This document shows positions 40,481 through 55,300 of a DNA stretch of 64,000 nucleotides, in pieces. Below the pieces are notes generated by a model. It saw nothing but the letters and a program-made list of their open reading frames with translations. It did not search any database and was not told the origin of the DNA. The position numbers and the translations under genes were made by a program. Position 1 is the stretch's first letter. Each line of letters opens with the position of its first letter. The DNA is from Eledone cirrhosa (Eukaryota): the NCBI GenBank assembly GCA_964016885.1, contig OZ024759.1, forward strand, positions 3,286,001-3,350,000. The letters run 5' to 3'.

Positions 40481-43400
40481 TGCCCTTCCTAACACCAACC
40501 ACATTTACAGTGTGGGCTGGGAGGTTTTTACCGTGTTGCCTACACGGCCACATTACAGCGTGGACTGTCTGGCGAGTTTTCTACAGCTGGATGCCCTTCC
40601 TAACACCAACTACGCTTACAGTGTGGAACTGGGAGATTTTTACCGTGTTGCCTACACGGCCACATTACAGCGTGGACTGTCTGGCTGGTTTTCTACGGCT
40701 GGATGCCCTTCCTAACACCAACCACATTTACAGTGTGGACTGGGAGATTTTTACCGTGTTGCCTACACGGCCACATTACAGCGTGGACTGTCTGGCGGGT
40801 TTTCTACGGCTGGATGCCCTTCCTAACACCAACCACATTTACAGTGTGGACTGGGAGGTTTTTACCGTGTTGCCTACACGGCCACATTACAGCGTGGACT
40901 GTCTGGCGGGTTATCTACGGCTGGATGCCCTTCCTAACACCAACCACATTTACAGTGTGGACTGGGAGGTTTTTACCGCGTTGCCTACACGGCCACATTA
41001 CAGCGTGGACTGTCTGGCGGGTTTTCTACGGCTGGATGCCCTTCCTAACACCAACCACATTTACAGTGTGGGGCTGGGAGGTTTTACCGTGTTGCCTACA
41101 CAGCCACATTACAGCGTGGACTGTCTGGCGGGTTTTCCACGGCTGGATGCCCTTCCTAACACCAGCTACGTTTACAGTGTGGAACTGGGAGGTTTTTAGC
41201 GTGTTGCCTACACGGCCACATTACAGCGTGGACTGTCTGGCGGGTTTTCTACAGCTGGATGCCCTTCCTAACACCAACCACATTTACAGTGTGGACTGGG
41301 AGGTTTTTACCGTGTTGCCTACACGGCCACATTACAGCGTGGACTGTCTGGCGGGTTTTCTACGGCTGGATGCCCTTCGTAACACCAACCACATTTACAG
41401 TGTGGGGCTGGGAGGTTTTTACCGTGTTGCCTACACGGCCACATTACAGCGTGGACTGTCTGGCGGGTTTTGTACGGCTGGATGCCCTTCCTAACACCAA
41501 CCACATTTACAGTGTGGAACTGGGAGGTTTTTAGCGTGTTGCCTACACGGCCACATTACAGCGTGGACTGTCTGGCGGGTTTTCTACGGCTGGATGCCCT
41601 TCCTAACACCAACCACATTTTCAGTGTGGACTGGGAGGTTTTTACCGTGTTGCCTACACGGCCACATTACAGCGTGGACTGTCTGGCGGGTTTTCTACGG
41701 CTGGATGCCCTTCGTAACACCAACCACATTTACAGTGTGGGGCTGGGAGGTTTTTACCGTGTTGCCTACACGGCCACATTACAGCGTGGACTGTCTGGCG
41801 GGTTTTGTACGGCTGGATGCCCTTCCTAACACCAACCACATTTACAGTGTGGGCTGGGAGGTTTTTACCGTGTTGCCTACACGGCCACATTACAGCGTGG
41901 ACTGTCTGGCAGGTTTTCTACGGCTGGATGCCTTTCCTAACACCAACCACATTTACAGTGTGGGGCTGGGAGGTTTTTACCGTGTTGCCTACACGGCCAC
42001 ATTACAGCGTGGATTGTCTGGCGGGTTTTCTACAGCTGGATGCCCTTCCTAACACCAACCACATTTACAGTGTGGGGCTGGGAGGTTTTTACCGTGTTGC
42101 CTACACGACCACATTACAGCATGGACTGTCTGGCGGGTTTTCTACAGCTGGATGCTCTTCCTAACACCAACCACATTTACAGTGTGGACCGAGACGTTTT
42201 TACCGTGTTTCCTACACGGCCACATTACAGCGTGGACTGACTGGCGGGTTTTCTACAGCTGGATGCCCTTCTTAACACCAACCACATTTACAGTGTGGAC
42301 TGGGAGGTTTTTACCGTGTTGCCTACACGGCCACATTACAGCGTGGACTGTCTGGCGGGTTTTCTACGGCTGGATGCCCTTCCTAACACCAACCACATTT
42401 ACAGTGTGGGGCTGGGAGGTTTTTACCGTGTTGCCTGCACAGCCACATTACAGCGTGGACTGTCTGGCGGGTTTTCTACAGCTGGATGCCCTTCCTAACA
42501 CCAACTACGTTTACAGTGTGGAACTGGGAGGTATTTACCGTGTTGCCTACACGGCCACATTACAGCGTGGACTGTCTGGCGGGTTTTCTACGGCTGGATG
42601 CCCTTCCTAACACCAACCACATTTACAGTGTGGGCTGGGGGGTTTTTACCGTGTTGTCTACACGGCCACATTACAGCGTGGACTGTCTGGCGGGTTTTCT
42701 ACAGCTGGATGCCCTTCCTAACACCAACTACGCTTACAGTGTGGAACTGGGAGGTTTTTTCCGTGTTGCCTACACGGCCACATTACAGCGTGGACTGTCT
42801 GGCGGGTTTTCTACAGCTGGATGCCCTTCCTAACACCAACCACATTTACAGTGTGGACTGGGAGGTTTTACCGTGTTGCCTACACGGCCACATTACAGCG
42901 TGGACTGTCTGGCGGGTTTTCTACGGCTGGATGCCCTTCCTAACACCAACCACATTTACAGTGTGGACTGGGAGGTTTTTACCGTGTTGCCTACACGGCC
43001 ACATTACAGCGTGGACTGTCTGGCGGGTTTTCTGCGGCTGGATGCCCTTCCTAACACCAACCACATTTACAGTGTGGACTGGGAGGTTTTTACCGTGTTG
43101 CCTACAAGGCCACATTACAGCGTGGACTGTCTGGCGGGTTTTCTACGGCTGGATGCCCTTCCTAACACCAACCACATTTACATTGTGGACTGGGAGATTT
43201 TTCCCGTGTTGCCTACACGGCCACATTACAGCGTGGACTGACTGGCGGGTTTTCTACAGCTGGATGCTCTTCCTAACACCAACCACATTTACAGTGTGGA
43301 CTGGGAGGTTTTTACCGTGTTGCCTACACGGCCACATTACAGCGTGGACTGTCTGGCGGGTTATCTACGGCTGGATGCCCTTCCTAACACCAACCACATT

Positions 43401-46400
43401 TACAGTGTGGACTGGGAGGTTTTTACCGTGTTGCCTACACGGCCACATTACAGCGTGGACTGTCTGGCGGGTTTTCTACGGCTGGATGCCCTTCCTAACA
43501 CCAACCACATTTACAGTGTGGGGCTGGGAGGTTTTTACCGTGTTGCCTGCCCAGCCACATTACAGCGTGGACTGTCTGGCGGGTTTTCTACAGCTGGATG
43601 CCCTTCCTAACACCAACTACGTTTACAGTGTGGAACTGGGAGGTTTTTACCGTGTTGCCTACACGGCCACATTACAGCGTGGACTGTCTGGCGGGTTTTC
43701 TACGGCTGGATGCCCTTCCTAACACCAACCACATTTACAGTGTGGGCTGGGAGGTTTTTACCGTGTTGCCTACACGGCCACATTACAGCGTGGACTGTCT
43801 GGCGGGTTTTCTACAGCTGGATGCCCTTCCTAACACCAACCACATTTACAGTGTGGACTGGGAGGTTTTACCGTGTTGCCTACACGGCCACATTACAACG
43901 TGGACTGTCTGGCGGGTTTTCTACGGCTGGATGCCCTTCCTAACACCAACCACATTTACAGTGTGGACTGGGAGGTTTTTACCGTGTTGCCTACACGGCC
44001 ACATTACAGCGTGGACTGTCTGGCGGGTTTTCTACGGCTGGATGCCCTTCCTAACACCAACCACATTTACAGTGTGGACTGGGAGGTTTTTACCGTGTTG
44101 CCTACAAGGCCACATTACAGCGTGGACTGTCTGGCGGGTTTTCTACGGCTGGATGCCCTTCCTAACACCAACCACATTTACAGTGTGGACTGGGAGGTTT
44201 TTACCGTGTTGCCTACACGGCCACATTACAGCGTGGACTGTCTGGCGGGTTTTCTACGGCTGGATGCCCTTCCTAACACCAACCACATTTACAGTGTGGA
44301 CTGGGAGGTTTTTACCGTGTTGCCTACAAGGCCACATTACAGCGTGGACTGTCTGGCGGGTTTTCTACGGCTGGATGCCCTTCCTAACACCAACCACATT
44401 TAGTGTGGGGTTCCGAGGTTTTTACCGTGTTGCCTACACGGCCACATTACAGCGTGGACTGTCTGGCGGGTTTTCTACGGCTGGATGCCCTTCCTAACAC
44501 CAACCACATTTACAGTGTGGGGCTGGGAGGTTTTTACCGTGTTGCCTGCACAGCCACATTACAGCGTGGACTGTCTGGCGCGTTTTCTACAGCTGGATGC
44601 CCTTCCTAACACCAACTACGCTTACAGTGTGGAACTGGGAGGTTTTTTCCGTGTTGCCTACACGGCCACATTACAGCGTGGACTGTCTGGCGGGTTTTCT
44701 ACAGCTGGATGCCCTTCCTAACATCAACCACATTTACAGTGTGGACTGGGAGGTTTTTACCGTGTTGCCTACACGGCCACATTACAGCGTGGACTGTCTG
44801 GCGGGTTTTCTACGGCTGGATGCCCTTCGTAACACCAACCACATTTACAGTGTGGGGCTGGGAGGTTTTTACCGTGTTGCCTACACGACCACATTACAGC
44901 ATGGACTGTCTGGCAGGTTTTCTACGGCTGGATGCCTTTCCTAACACCAACCACATTTACAGTGTGGGGCTGGGAGGTTTTTACCGTGTTGCCTACACGG
45001 CCACATTACAGCGTGGATTGTCTGGCGGGTTTTCTACAGCTGGATGCCCTTCCTAACACCAACCACATTTACAGTGTGGGGCTGGGAGGTTTTTACCGTG
45101 TTGCCTACACGACCACATTACAGCATGGACTGTCTGGCGGGTTTTCTACAGCTGGATGCCCTTCTTAACACCAACCACATTTACAGTGTGGACTGGGAGG
45201 TTTTTACCTTGTTGCCTACACGGCCACATTACAGCGTGGACTGTCTGGCGAGTTTTCTACGGCTGGATGCCCTTCCTAACACCAACCACATTTACAGTGT
45301 GGACTGGGAGGTTTTTACCGTGTTGCCTACAAGGCCACATTACAGCGTGGACTGTCTGGCGGGTTTTCTACGGCTGGATGCCCTTCCTAACACCAACCAC
45401 ATTTACATTGTGGACTGGGAGATTTTTACCGTGTTGCCTACACGGCCACATTACAGCGTGGACTGTCTGGCGGGTTTTCTACGGCTGGATGCCCTTCCTA
45501 ACACCAACCACATTTAGTGTGGGGTTGCGAGGTTGTTACCGTGTTGCCTACACGGCCATATTACAGCGTGGACTGACTGGCGGGTTTTCTACAGCTGGAT
45601 GCTCTTCCTAACACCAACCACATTTACAGTGTGGACTGGGAGATTTTTACCGTGTTGCCTACACGGCCACATTACAGCGTGGACTGTCTGGCGGGTTTTC
45701 TACGGCTGGATGCCCTTCCTAACACCAACCACATTTAGTGTGGGGTTGCGAGGTTTTTACCGTGTTGCCTACACGGCCACATTACAGCGTGTACTGTCTG
45801 GCGGGTTTTCTACGGCTGGATGCCCTTCCTAACACCAACCACATTTACAGTGTGGGGCTGGGAGGTTTTTACCGTGTTGCCTACACGGCCACATTACAGC
45901 GTGGACTGTCTGGCGGGTTTTCTACGGCTGGATGCCCTTCCTAACACCAACCACATTTACAGTGTGGGCTGGGAGGTTTTTACCGTGTTGCCTACACGGC
46001 CACATTACAGCGTGGACTGTCTGGCGAGTTTTCTACAGCTGGATGCCCTTCCTAACACCAACTACGCTTACAGTGTGGAACTGGGAGATTTTTACCGTGT
46101 TGCCTACACGGCCACATTACAGCGTGGACTGTCTGGCTGGTTTTCTACGGCTGGATGCCCTTCCTAACACCAACCACATTTACAGTGTGGACTGGGAGAT
46201 TTTTACCGTGTTGCCTACACGGCCACATTACAGCGTGGACTGTCTGGCGGGTTTTCTACGCCTGGATGCCCTTCCTAACACCAACCACATTTACAGTGTG
46301 GACTGGGAGGTTTTTACCGTGTTGCCTACACGGCCACATTACAGCGTGGACTGTCTGGCGGGTTATCTACGGCTGGATGCCCTTCCTAACACCAACCACA

Positions 46401-46750
46401 TTTACAGTGTGGACTGGGAGGTTTTTACCGCGTTGCCTACACGGCCACATTACAGCGTGGACTGTCTGGCGGGTTTTCTACGGCTGGATGCCCTTCCTAA
46501 CACCAACCACATTTACAGTGTGGGGCTGGGAGGTTTTACCGTGTTGCCTACACAGCCACATTACAGCGTGGACTGTCTGGCGGGTTTTCCACGGCTGGAT
46601 GCCCTTCCTAACACCAGCTACGTTTACAGTGTGGAACTGGGAGGTTTTTAGCGTGTTGCCTACACGGCCACATTACAGCGTGGACTGTCTGGCGGGTTTT
46701 CTACAGCTGGATGCCCTTCCTAACACCAACCACATTTACAGTGTGGACTG
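35930..46750. repeat. Tandem duplication of a 51-mer (5673 bp, shrinking to 5452 bp after two single-monomer losses) x2
   Basis: GACCGAGACG at 36514/42187; ORF pairs 35981/41654, 36925/42598 and 38730/44403 are offset by 5673; 40286/45738, 40480/45932 and 40703/46155 are offset by 5452. Confidence 0.9.
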
Positions 46751-47149
46751 GGAGATTTTTACCGTGTTGCCTACACGGCCACATTACAGCGTGGACTGTC
46801 TGGCGGGTTTTCTACGGCTGGATGCCCTTCCTAACACCAACCACATTTACAGTGTGGACTGGGAGGTTTTTACCGTGTTGCCTACACGGCCACATTACAG
46901 CGTGGACTGTCTGGCGGGTTTTCTACGGCTGGATGCCCTTCCTAACACCAACCACATTTACAGTGTGGGGCTGGGAGGTTTTTACCGGGTTGCCTACACA
47001 GCCACATTACAGCGTGGACTGTCTGGCGGGTTTTCTATAGCTGGATGCCCTTCCTAACACCAACTACGTTTACAGTGTGGAACTGGGAGGTTTTTACCGT
47101 GTTGCCTACACGGCCACATTACAGCGTGGACTGTCTGGCGGGTTTTCTA

Positions 47150-50100
47150 CGGCTGGATGCCCTTCCTAACACCAACCACATTTACAGTGTGGGCTGGGAG
47201 TTTTTTACCGTGTTGCTTACACGCCCACATTACAGCGTGGACTGTCTGGCGGGTTTTCTACAGCTGGATGCCCTTCCTAACACCAACTACGCTTACAGTG
47301 TGGAACTGGGAGGTTTTTTCCGTGTTGCCTACACGGCCACATTACAGCGTGGACTGTCTGGCGGGTTTTCTACAGCTGGATGCCCTTCCTAACACCAACC
47401 ACATTTACAGTGTGGACTGGGAGATTTTTACCGTGTTGCCTACACGGCCACATTACAGCGTGGACTGTCTGGCGGGTTTTCTACGGCTGGATGCCCTTCC
47501 TAACACCAACCACATTTACAGTGTGGACTGGGAGGTTTTTACCGTGTTGCCTACACGGCCACATTACAGCGTGGACTGTCTGGCGGGTTTTCTACGGCTG
47601 GATGCCCTTCCTAACACCAACCACATTTACAGTGTGGACTGGGAGGTTTTTACCGTGTTGCCTACAAGGCCACATTACAGCGTGGACTGTCTGGCGGGTT
47701 TTCTACGGCTGGATGCCCTTCCTAACACCAACCACATTTACAGTGTGGACTGGGAGATTTTTACCGTGTTGCCTACACGGCCACATTACAGCGTGGACTG
47801 TCTGGCGGGTTTTCTACGGCTGGATGCCCTTCCTAACACCAACTACGTTTACAGTGTGGAACTGGGAGGTTTTTAGCGTGTTGCCTACACGGCCACATTA
47901 CAGCGTGGACTGTCTGGCGGGTTTTCTACAGCTGGATGCCCTTCCTAACACCAACCACATTTACAGTGTGGACTGGGAGATTTTTACCGTGTTGCCTACA
48001 CGGCCACATTACAGCGTGGACTGTCTGGCGGGTTTTCTACGGCTGGATGCCCTTCCTAACACCAACTACGTTTACAGTGTGGAACTGGGAGGTTTTTAGC
48101 GTGTTGCCTACACGGCCACATTACAGCGTGGACTGTCTGGCGGGTTATCTACGGCTGGATGCCCTTCCTAACACCAACCACATTTACAGTGTGGACTGGG
48201 AGGTTTTTACCGCGTTGCCTACACGGCCACATTACAGCGTGGACTGTCTGGCGGGTTTTCTACGGCTGGATGCCCATCCTAACACCAACCACATTTACAG
48301 TGTGGAACTGGGAGGTTTTTACCGTGTTGCCTACACAGCCACATTACAGCGTGGGCTGTCTGGCGGGTTTTGTACGGCTGGATGCCCTTCCTAACACCAA
48401 CCACATTTACAGTGTGGGCTGGGAGGTTTTTACCGTGTTGCCTACACGGCCACATTACAGCGTGGACTGTCTGGCGGGTTTTCTACAGCTGGATGCCCTT
48501 CCTAACACCAACTACGCTTACAGTGTGGAACTGGGAGGTTTTTTCCGTGTTGCCTACACGGCCACATTACAGCGTGGACTGTCTGGCGGGTTTTCTACAG
48601 CTGGATGCACTTCCTAACACCAACCACATTTACAGTGTGGACTGGGAGATTTTTACCGTGTTGCCTACACGGCCACATTACAGCGTGGACTGTCTGGCGG
48701 GTTTTCTACGGCTGGATGCCCTTCCTAACACCAACCACATTTACAGTGTGGACTGGGAGGTTTTTACCGTGTTGCCTACACGGCCACATTACAGCGTGGA
48801 CTGTCTGGCGGGTTATCTACGGCTGGATGCCCTTCCTAACACCAACCACATTTACAGTGTGGACTGGGAGGTTTTTACCGCGTTGCCTACACGGCCACAT
48901 TACAGCGTGGACTGTCTGGCGGGTTATCTACGGCTGGATGCCCTTCCTAACACCAACCACATTTACAGTGTGGGGATGGGAGGTTTTACCGTGTTGCCTA
49001 CACAGCCACATTACAGCGTGGACTGTCTGGCGGGTTTTCTACAGCTGGATGCCCTTCCTAACACCAACTACGTTTACAGTGTGGAACTGGGAGGTTTTTA
49101 CCGTGTTGCCTACACGGCCACATTACAGCGTGGACTGTCTGGCGGGTTTTCTACGGCTGGATGCCCTTCCTAACACCAACCACATTTACAGTGTGGGCTG
49201 GGAGGTTTTTACCGTGTTGCTTACACGCCCACATTACAGCGTGGACTGTCTGGCGGGTTTTCTACAGCTGGATGCCCTTCCTAACACCAACTACGCTTAC
49301 AGTGTGGAACTGGGAGGTTTTTTCCGTGTTGCCTACACGGCCACATTACAGCGTGGACTGTCTGGCGGGTTTTCTACAGCTGGATGCCCTTCCTAACACC
49401 AACCACATTTACAGTGTGGACTGGGAGGTTTTTACCGTGTTGCCTACACGGCCACATTACAGCGTGGACTGTCTGGCGGGTTTTCTACGGCTGGATGCCC
49501 TTCCTAACACCAACCACATTTACAGTGTGGACTGGGAGGTTTTTACCGTGTTGCCTACAAGGCCACATTACAGCGTGGACTGTCTGGCGGGTTTTCTACG
49601 GCTGGATGCCCTTCCTAACACCAACCACATTTACAGTGTGGACTGGGAGATTTTTACCGTGTTGCCTACACGGCCACATTACAGCGTGGACTGTCTGGCG
49701 GGTTTTCTACGGCTGGATGCCCTTCCTAACACCAACTACGTTTACAGTGTGGAACTGGGAGGTTTTTAGCGTGTTGCCTACACGGCCACATTACAGCGTG
49801 GACTGTCTGGCGGGTTTTCTACAGCTGGATGCCCTTCCTAACACCAACCACATTTACAGTGTGGACTGGGAGATTTTTACCGTGTTGCCTACACGGCCAC
49901 ATTACAGCGTGGACTGTCTGGCGGGTTTTCTACGGCTGGATGCCCTTCCTAACACCAACTACGTTTACAGTGTGGAACTGGGAGGTTTTTAGCGTGTTGC
50001 CTACACGGCCACATTACAGCGTGGACTGTCTGGCGGGTTATCTACGGCTGGATGCCCTTCCTAACACCAACCACATTTACAGTGTGGACTGGGAGGTTTT

Positions 50101-53100
50101 TACCGCGTTGCCTACACGGCCACATTACAGCGTGGACTGTCTGGCGGGTTTTCTACGGCTGGATGCCCATCCTAACACCAACCACATTTACAGTGTGGAA
50201 CTGGGAGGTTTTTACCGTGTTGCCTACACAGCCACATTACAGCGTGGGCTGTCTGGCGGGTTTTGTACGGCTGGATGCCCTTCCTAACACCAACCACATT
50301 TACAGTGTGGGCTGGGAGGTTTTTACCGTGTTGCCTACACGGCCACATTACAGCGTGGACTGTCTGGCGGGTTTTCTACAGCTGGATGCCCTTCCTAACA
50401 CCAACTACGCTTACAGTGTGGAACTGGGAGGTTTTTTCCGTGTTGCCTACACGGCCACATTACAGCGTGGACTGTCTGGCGGGTTTTCTACAGCTGGATG
50501 CACTTCCTAACACCAACCACATTTACAGTGTGGACTGGGAGATTTTTACCGTGTTGCCTACACGGCCACATTACAGCGTGGACTGTCTGGCGGGTTTTCT
50601 ACGGCTGGATGCCCTTCCTAACACCAACCACATTTACAGTGTGGACTGGGAGGTTTTTACCGTGTTGCCTACACGGCCACATTACAGCGTGGACTGTCTG
50701 GCGGGTTATCTACGGCTGGATGCCCTTCCTAACACCAACCACATTTACAGTGTGGACTGGGAGGTTTTTACCGCGTTGCCTACACGGCCACATTACAGCG
50801 TGGACTGTCTGGCGGGTTATCTACGGCTGGATGCCCTTCCTAACACCAACCACATTTACAGTGTGGGGATGGGAGGTTTTACCGTGTTGCCTACACAGCC
50901 ACATTACAGCGTGGACTGTCTGGCGGGTTTTCTACAGCTGGATGCCCTTCCTAACACCAACTACGTTTACAGTGTGGAACTGGGAGGTTTTTACCGTGTT
51001 GCCTACACGGCCACATTACAGCGTGGACTGTCTGGCGGGTTTTCTACGGCTGGATGCCCTTCCTAACACCAACCACATTTACAGTGTGGGCTGGGAGGTT
51101 TTTACCGTGTTGCTTACACGCCCACATTACAGCGTGGACTGTCTGGCGGGTTTTCTACAGCTGGATGCCCTTCCTAACACCAACTACGCTTACAGTGTGG
51201 AACTGGGAGGTTTTTTCCGTGTTGCCTACACGGCCACATTACAGCGTGGACTGTCTGGCGGGTTTTCTACAGCTGGATGCCCTTCCTAACACCAACCACA
51301 TTTACAGTGTGGACTGGGAGATTTTTACCGTGTTGCCTACACGGCCACATTACAGCGTGGACTGTCTGGCGGGTTTTCTACGGCTGGATGCCCTTCCTAA
51401 CACCAACCACATTTACAGTGTGGACTGGGAGGTTTTTACCGTGTTGCCTACACGGCCACATTACAGCGTGGACTGTCTGGCGGGTTTTCTACGGCTGGAT
51501 GCCCTTCCTAACACCAACCACATTTACAGTGTGGACTGGGAGGTTTTTACCGTGTTGCCTACAAGGCCACATTACAGCGTGGACTGTCTGGCGGGTTTTC
51601 TACGGCTGGATGCCCTTCCTAACACCAACCACATTTACAGTGTGGACTGGGAGATTTTTACCGTGTTGCCTACACGGCCACATTACAGCGTGGACTGTCT
51701 GGCGGGTTTTCTACGGCTGGATGCCCTTCCTAACACCAACTACGTTTACAGTGTGGAACTGGGAGGTTTTTAGCGTGTTGCCTACACGGCCACATTACAG
51801 CGTGGACTGTCTGGCGGGTTTTCTACAGCTGGATGCCCTTCCTAACACCAACCACATTTACAGTGTGGACTGGGAGATTTTTACCGTGTTGCCTACACGG
51901 CCACATTACAGCGTGGACTGTCTGGCGGGTTTTCTACGGCTGGATGCCCTTCCTAACACCAACCACATTTACAGTGTGGACTGGGAGGTTTTTACCGTGT
52001 TGCCTACACGGCCACATTACAGCGTGGACTGTCTGGCGGGTTATCTACGGCTGGATGCCCTTCCTAACACCAACCACATTTACAGTGTGGACTGGGAGGT
52101 TTTTACCGCGTTGCCTACACGGCCACATTACAGCGTGGACTGTCTGGCGGGTTTTCTACGGCTGGATGCCCTTCCTAACACCAACCACATTTACAGTGTG
52201 GGCTGGGAGTTTTTTACCGTGTTGCTTACACGCCCACATTACAGCGTGGACTGTCTGGCGGGTTTTCTACAGCTGGATGCCCTTCCTAACACCAACTACG
52301 CTTACAGTGTGGAACTGGGAGGTTTTTTCCGTGTTGCCTACACGGCCACATTACAGCGTGGACTGTCTGGCGGGTTTTCTACAGCTGGATGCCCTTCCTA
52401 ACACCAACCACATTTACAGTGTGGACTGGGAGATTTTTACCGTGTTGCCTACACGGCCACATTACAGCGTGGACTGTCTGGCGGGTTTTCTACGGCTGGA
52501 TGCCCTTCCTAACACCAACCACATTTACAGTGTGGACTGGGAGGTTTTTACCGTGTTGCCTACACGGCCACATTACAGCGTGGACTGTCTGGCGGGTTTT
52601 CTACGGCTGGATGCCCTTCCTAACACCAACCACATTTACAGTGTGGACTGGGAGGTTTTTACCGTGTTGCCTACAAGGCCACATTACAGCGTGGACTGTC
52701 TGGCGGGTTTTCTACGGCTGGATGCCCTTCCTAACACCAACCACATTTACAGTGTGGACTGGGAGATTTTTACCGTGTTGCCTACACGGCCACATTACAG
52801 CGTGGACTGTCTGGCGGGTTTTCTACGGCTGGATGCCCTTCCTAACACCAACTACGTTTACAGTGTGGAACTGGGAGGTTTTTAGCGTGTTGCCTACACG
52901 GCCACATTACAGCGTGGACTGTCTGGCGGGTTTTCTACAGCTGGATGCCCTTCCTAACACCAACCACATTTACAGTGTGGACTGGGAGATTTTTACCGTG
53001 TTGCCTACACGGCCACATTACAGCGTGGACTGTCTGGCGGGTTTTCTACGGCTGGATGCCCTTCCTAACACCAACTACGTTTACAGTGTGGAACTGGGAG

Positions 53101-55300
53101 GTTTTTAGCGTGTTGCCTACACGGCCACATTACAGCGTGGACTGTCTGGCGGGTTATCTACGGCTGGATGCCCTTCCTAACACCAACCACATTTACAGTG
53201 TGGACTGGGAGGTTTTTACCGCGTTGCCTACACGGCCACATTACAGCGTGGACTGTCTGGCGGGTTTTCTACGGCTGGATGCCCATCCTAACACCAACCA
53301 CATTTACAGTGTGGAACTGGGAGGTTTTTACCGTGTTGCCTACACAGCCACATTACAGCGTGGGCTGTCTGGCGGGTTTTGTACGGCTGGATGCCCTTCC
53401 TAACACCAACCACATTTACAGTGTGGGCTGGGAGGTTTTTACCGTGTTGCCTACACGGCCACATTACAGCGTGGACTGTCTGGCGGGTTTTCTACAGCTG
53501 GATGCCCTTCCTAACACCAACTACGCTTACAGTGTGGAACTGGGAGGTTTTTTCCGTGTTGCCTACACGGCCACATTACAGCGTGGACTGTCTGGCGGGT
53601 TTTCTACAGCTGGATGCACTTCCTAACACCAACCACATTTACAGTGTGGACTGGGAGATTTTTACCGTGTTGCCTACACGGCCACATTACAGCGTGGACT
53701 GTCTGGCGGGTTTTCTACGGCTGGATGCCCTTCCTAACACCAACCACATTTACAGTGTGGACTGGGAGGTTTTTACCGTGTTGCCTACACGGCCACATTA
53801 CAGCGTGGACTGTCTGGCGGGTTATCTACGGCTGGATGCCCTTCCTAACACCAACCACATTTACAGTGTGGACTGGGAGGTTTTTACCGCGTTGCCTACA
53901 CGGCCACATTACAGCGTGGACTGTCTGGCGGGTTATCTACGGCTGGATGCCCTTCCTAACACCAACCACATTTACAGTGTGGGGATGGGAGGTTTTACCG
54001 TGTTGCCTACACAGCCACATTACAGCGTGGACTGTCTGGCGGGTTTTCTACAGCTGGATGCCCTTCCTAACACCAACTACGTTTACAGTGTGGAACTGGG
54101 AGGTTTTTACCGTGTTGCCTACACGGCCACATTACAGCGTGGACTGTCTGGCGGGTTTTCTACGGCTGGATGCCCTTCCTAACACCAACCACATTTACAG
54201 TGTGGGCTGGGAGGTTTTTACCGTGTTGCTTACACGCCCACATTACAGCGTGGACTGTCTGGCGGGTTTTCTACAGCTGGATGCCCTTCCTAACACCAAC
54301 TACGCTTACAGTGTGGAACTGGGAGGTTTTTTCCGTGTTGCCTACACGGCCACATTACAGCGTGGACTGTCTGGCGGGTTTTCTACAGCTGGATGCCCTT
54401 CCTAACACCAACCACATTTACAGTGTGGACTGGGAGATTTTTACCGTGTTGCCTACACGGCCACATTACAGCGTGGACTGTCTGGCGGGTTTTCTACGGC
54501 TGGATGCCCTTCCTAACACCAACCACATTTACAGTGTGGACTGGGAGGTTTTTACCGTGTTGCCTACACGGCCACATTACAGCGTGGACTGTCTGGCGGG
54601 TTTTCTACGGCTGGATGCCCTTCCTAACACCAACCACATTTACAGTGTGGACTGGGAGGTTTTTACCGTGTTGCCTACAAGGCCACATTACAGCGTGGAC
54701 TGTCTGGCGGGTTTTCTACGGCTGGATGCCCTTCCTAACACCAACCACATTTACAGTGTGGACTGGGAGATTTTTACCGTGTTGCCTACACGGCCACATT
54801 ACAGCGTGGACTGTCTGGCGGGTTTTCTACGGCTGGATGCCCTTCCTAACACCAACTACGTTTACAGTGTGGAACTGGGAGGTTTTTAGCGTGTTGCCTA
54901 CACGGCCACATTACAGCGTGGACTGTCTGGCGGGTTTTCTACAGCTGGATGCCCTTCCTAACACCAACCACATTTACAGTGTGGACTGGGAGATTTTTAC
55001 CGTGTTGCCTACACGGCCACATTACAGCGTGGACTGTCTGGCGGGTTTTCTACGGCTGGATGCCCTTCCTAACACCAACCACATTTACAGTGTGGACTGG
55101 GAGGTTTTTACCGTGTTGCCTACACGGCCACATTACAGCGTGGACTGTCTGGCGGGTTATCTACGGCTGGATGCCCTTCCTAACACCAACCACATTTACA
55201 GTGTGGACTGGGAGGTTTTTACCGCGTTGCCTACACGGCCACATTACAGCGTGGACTGTCTGGCGGGTTTTCTACGGCTGGATGCCCTTCCTAACACCAA
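47150..55300. repeat. Triplicated 17/18-mer block (offsets 1893 and 3116 bp)
   Basis: Rare variants GCCCATCCT (~48272, ~50165, ~53281), GCACTTCCT (~48607, ~50500, ~53616) and GGGGATGGG (~48972, ~50865, ~53981); identical ORF triplets 48159/50052/53168 and 48605/50498/53614. Confidence 0.9.

Noticed and set aside
23078-43115. Short minus-strand ORFs (MWPCRQHGKNL...)
   Set aside because: They appear only where a point variant (ttgtac, ctgcgg, ttcgta) removes a consensus stop codon; they are repeat artefacts.
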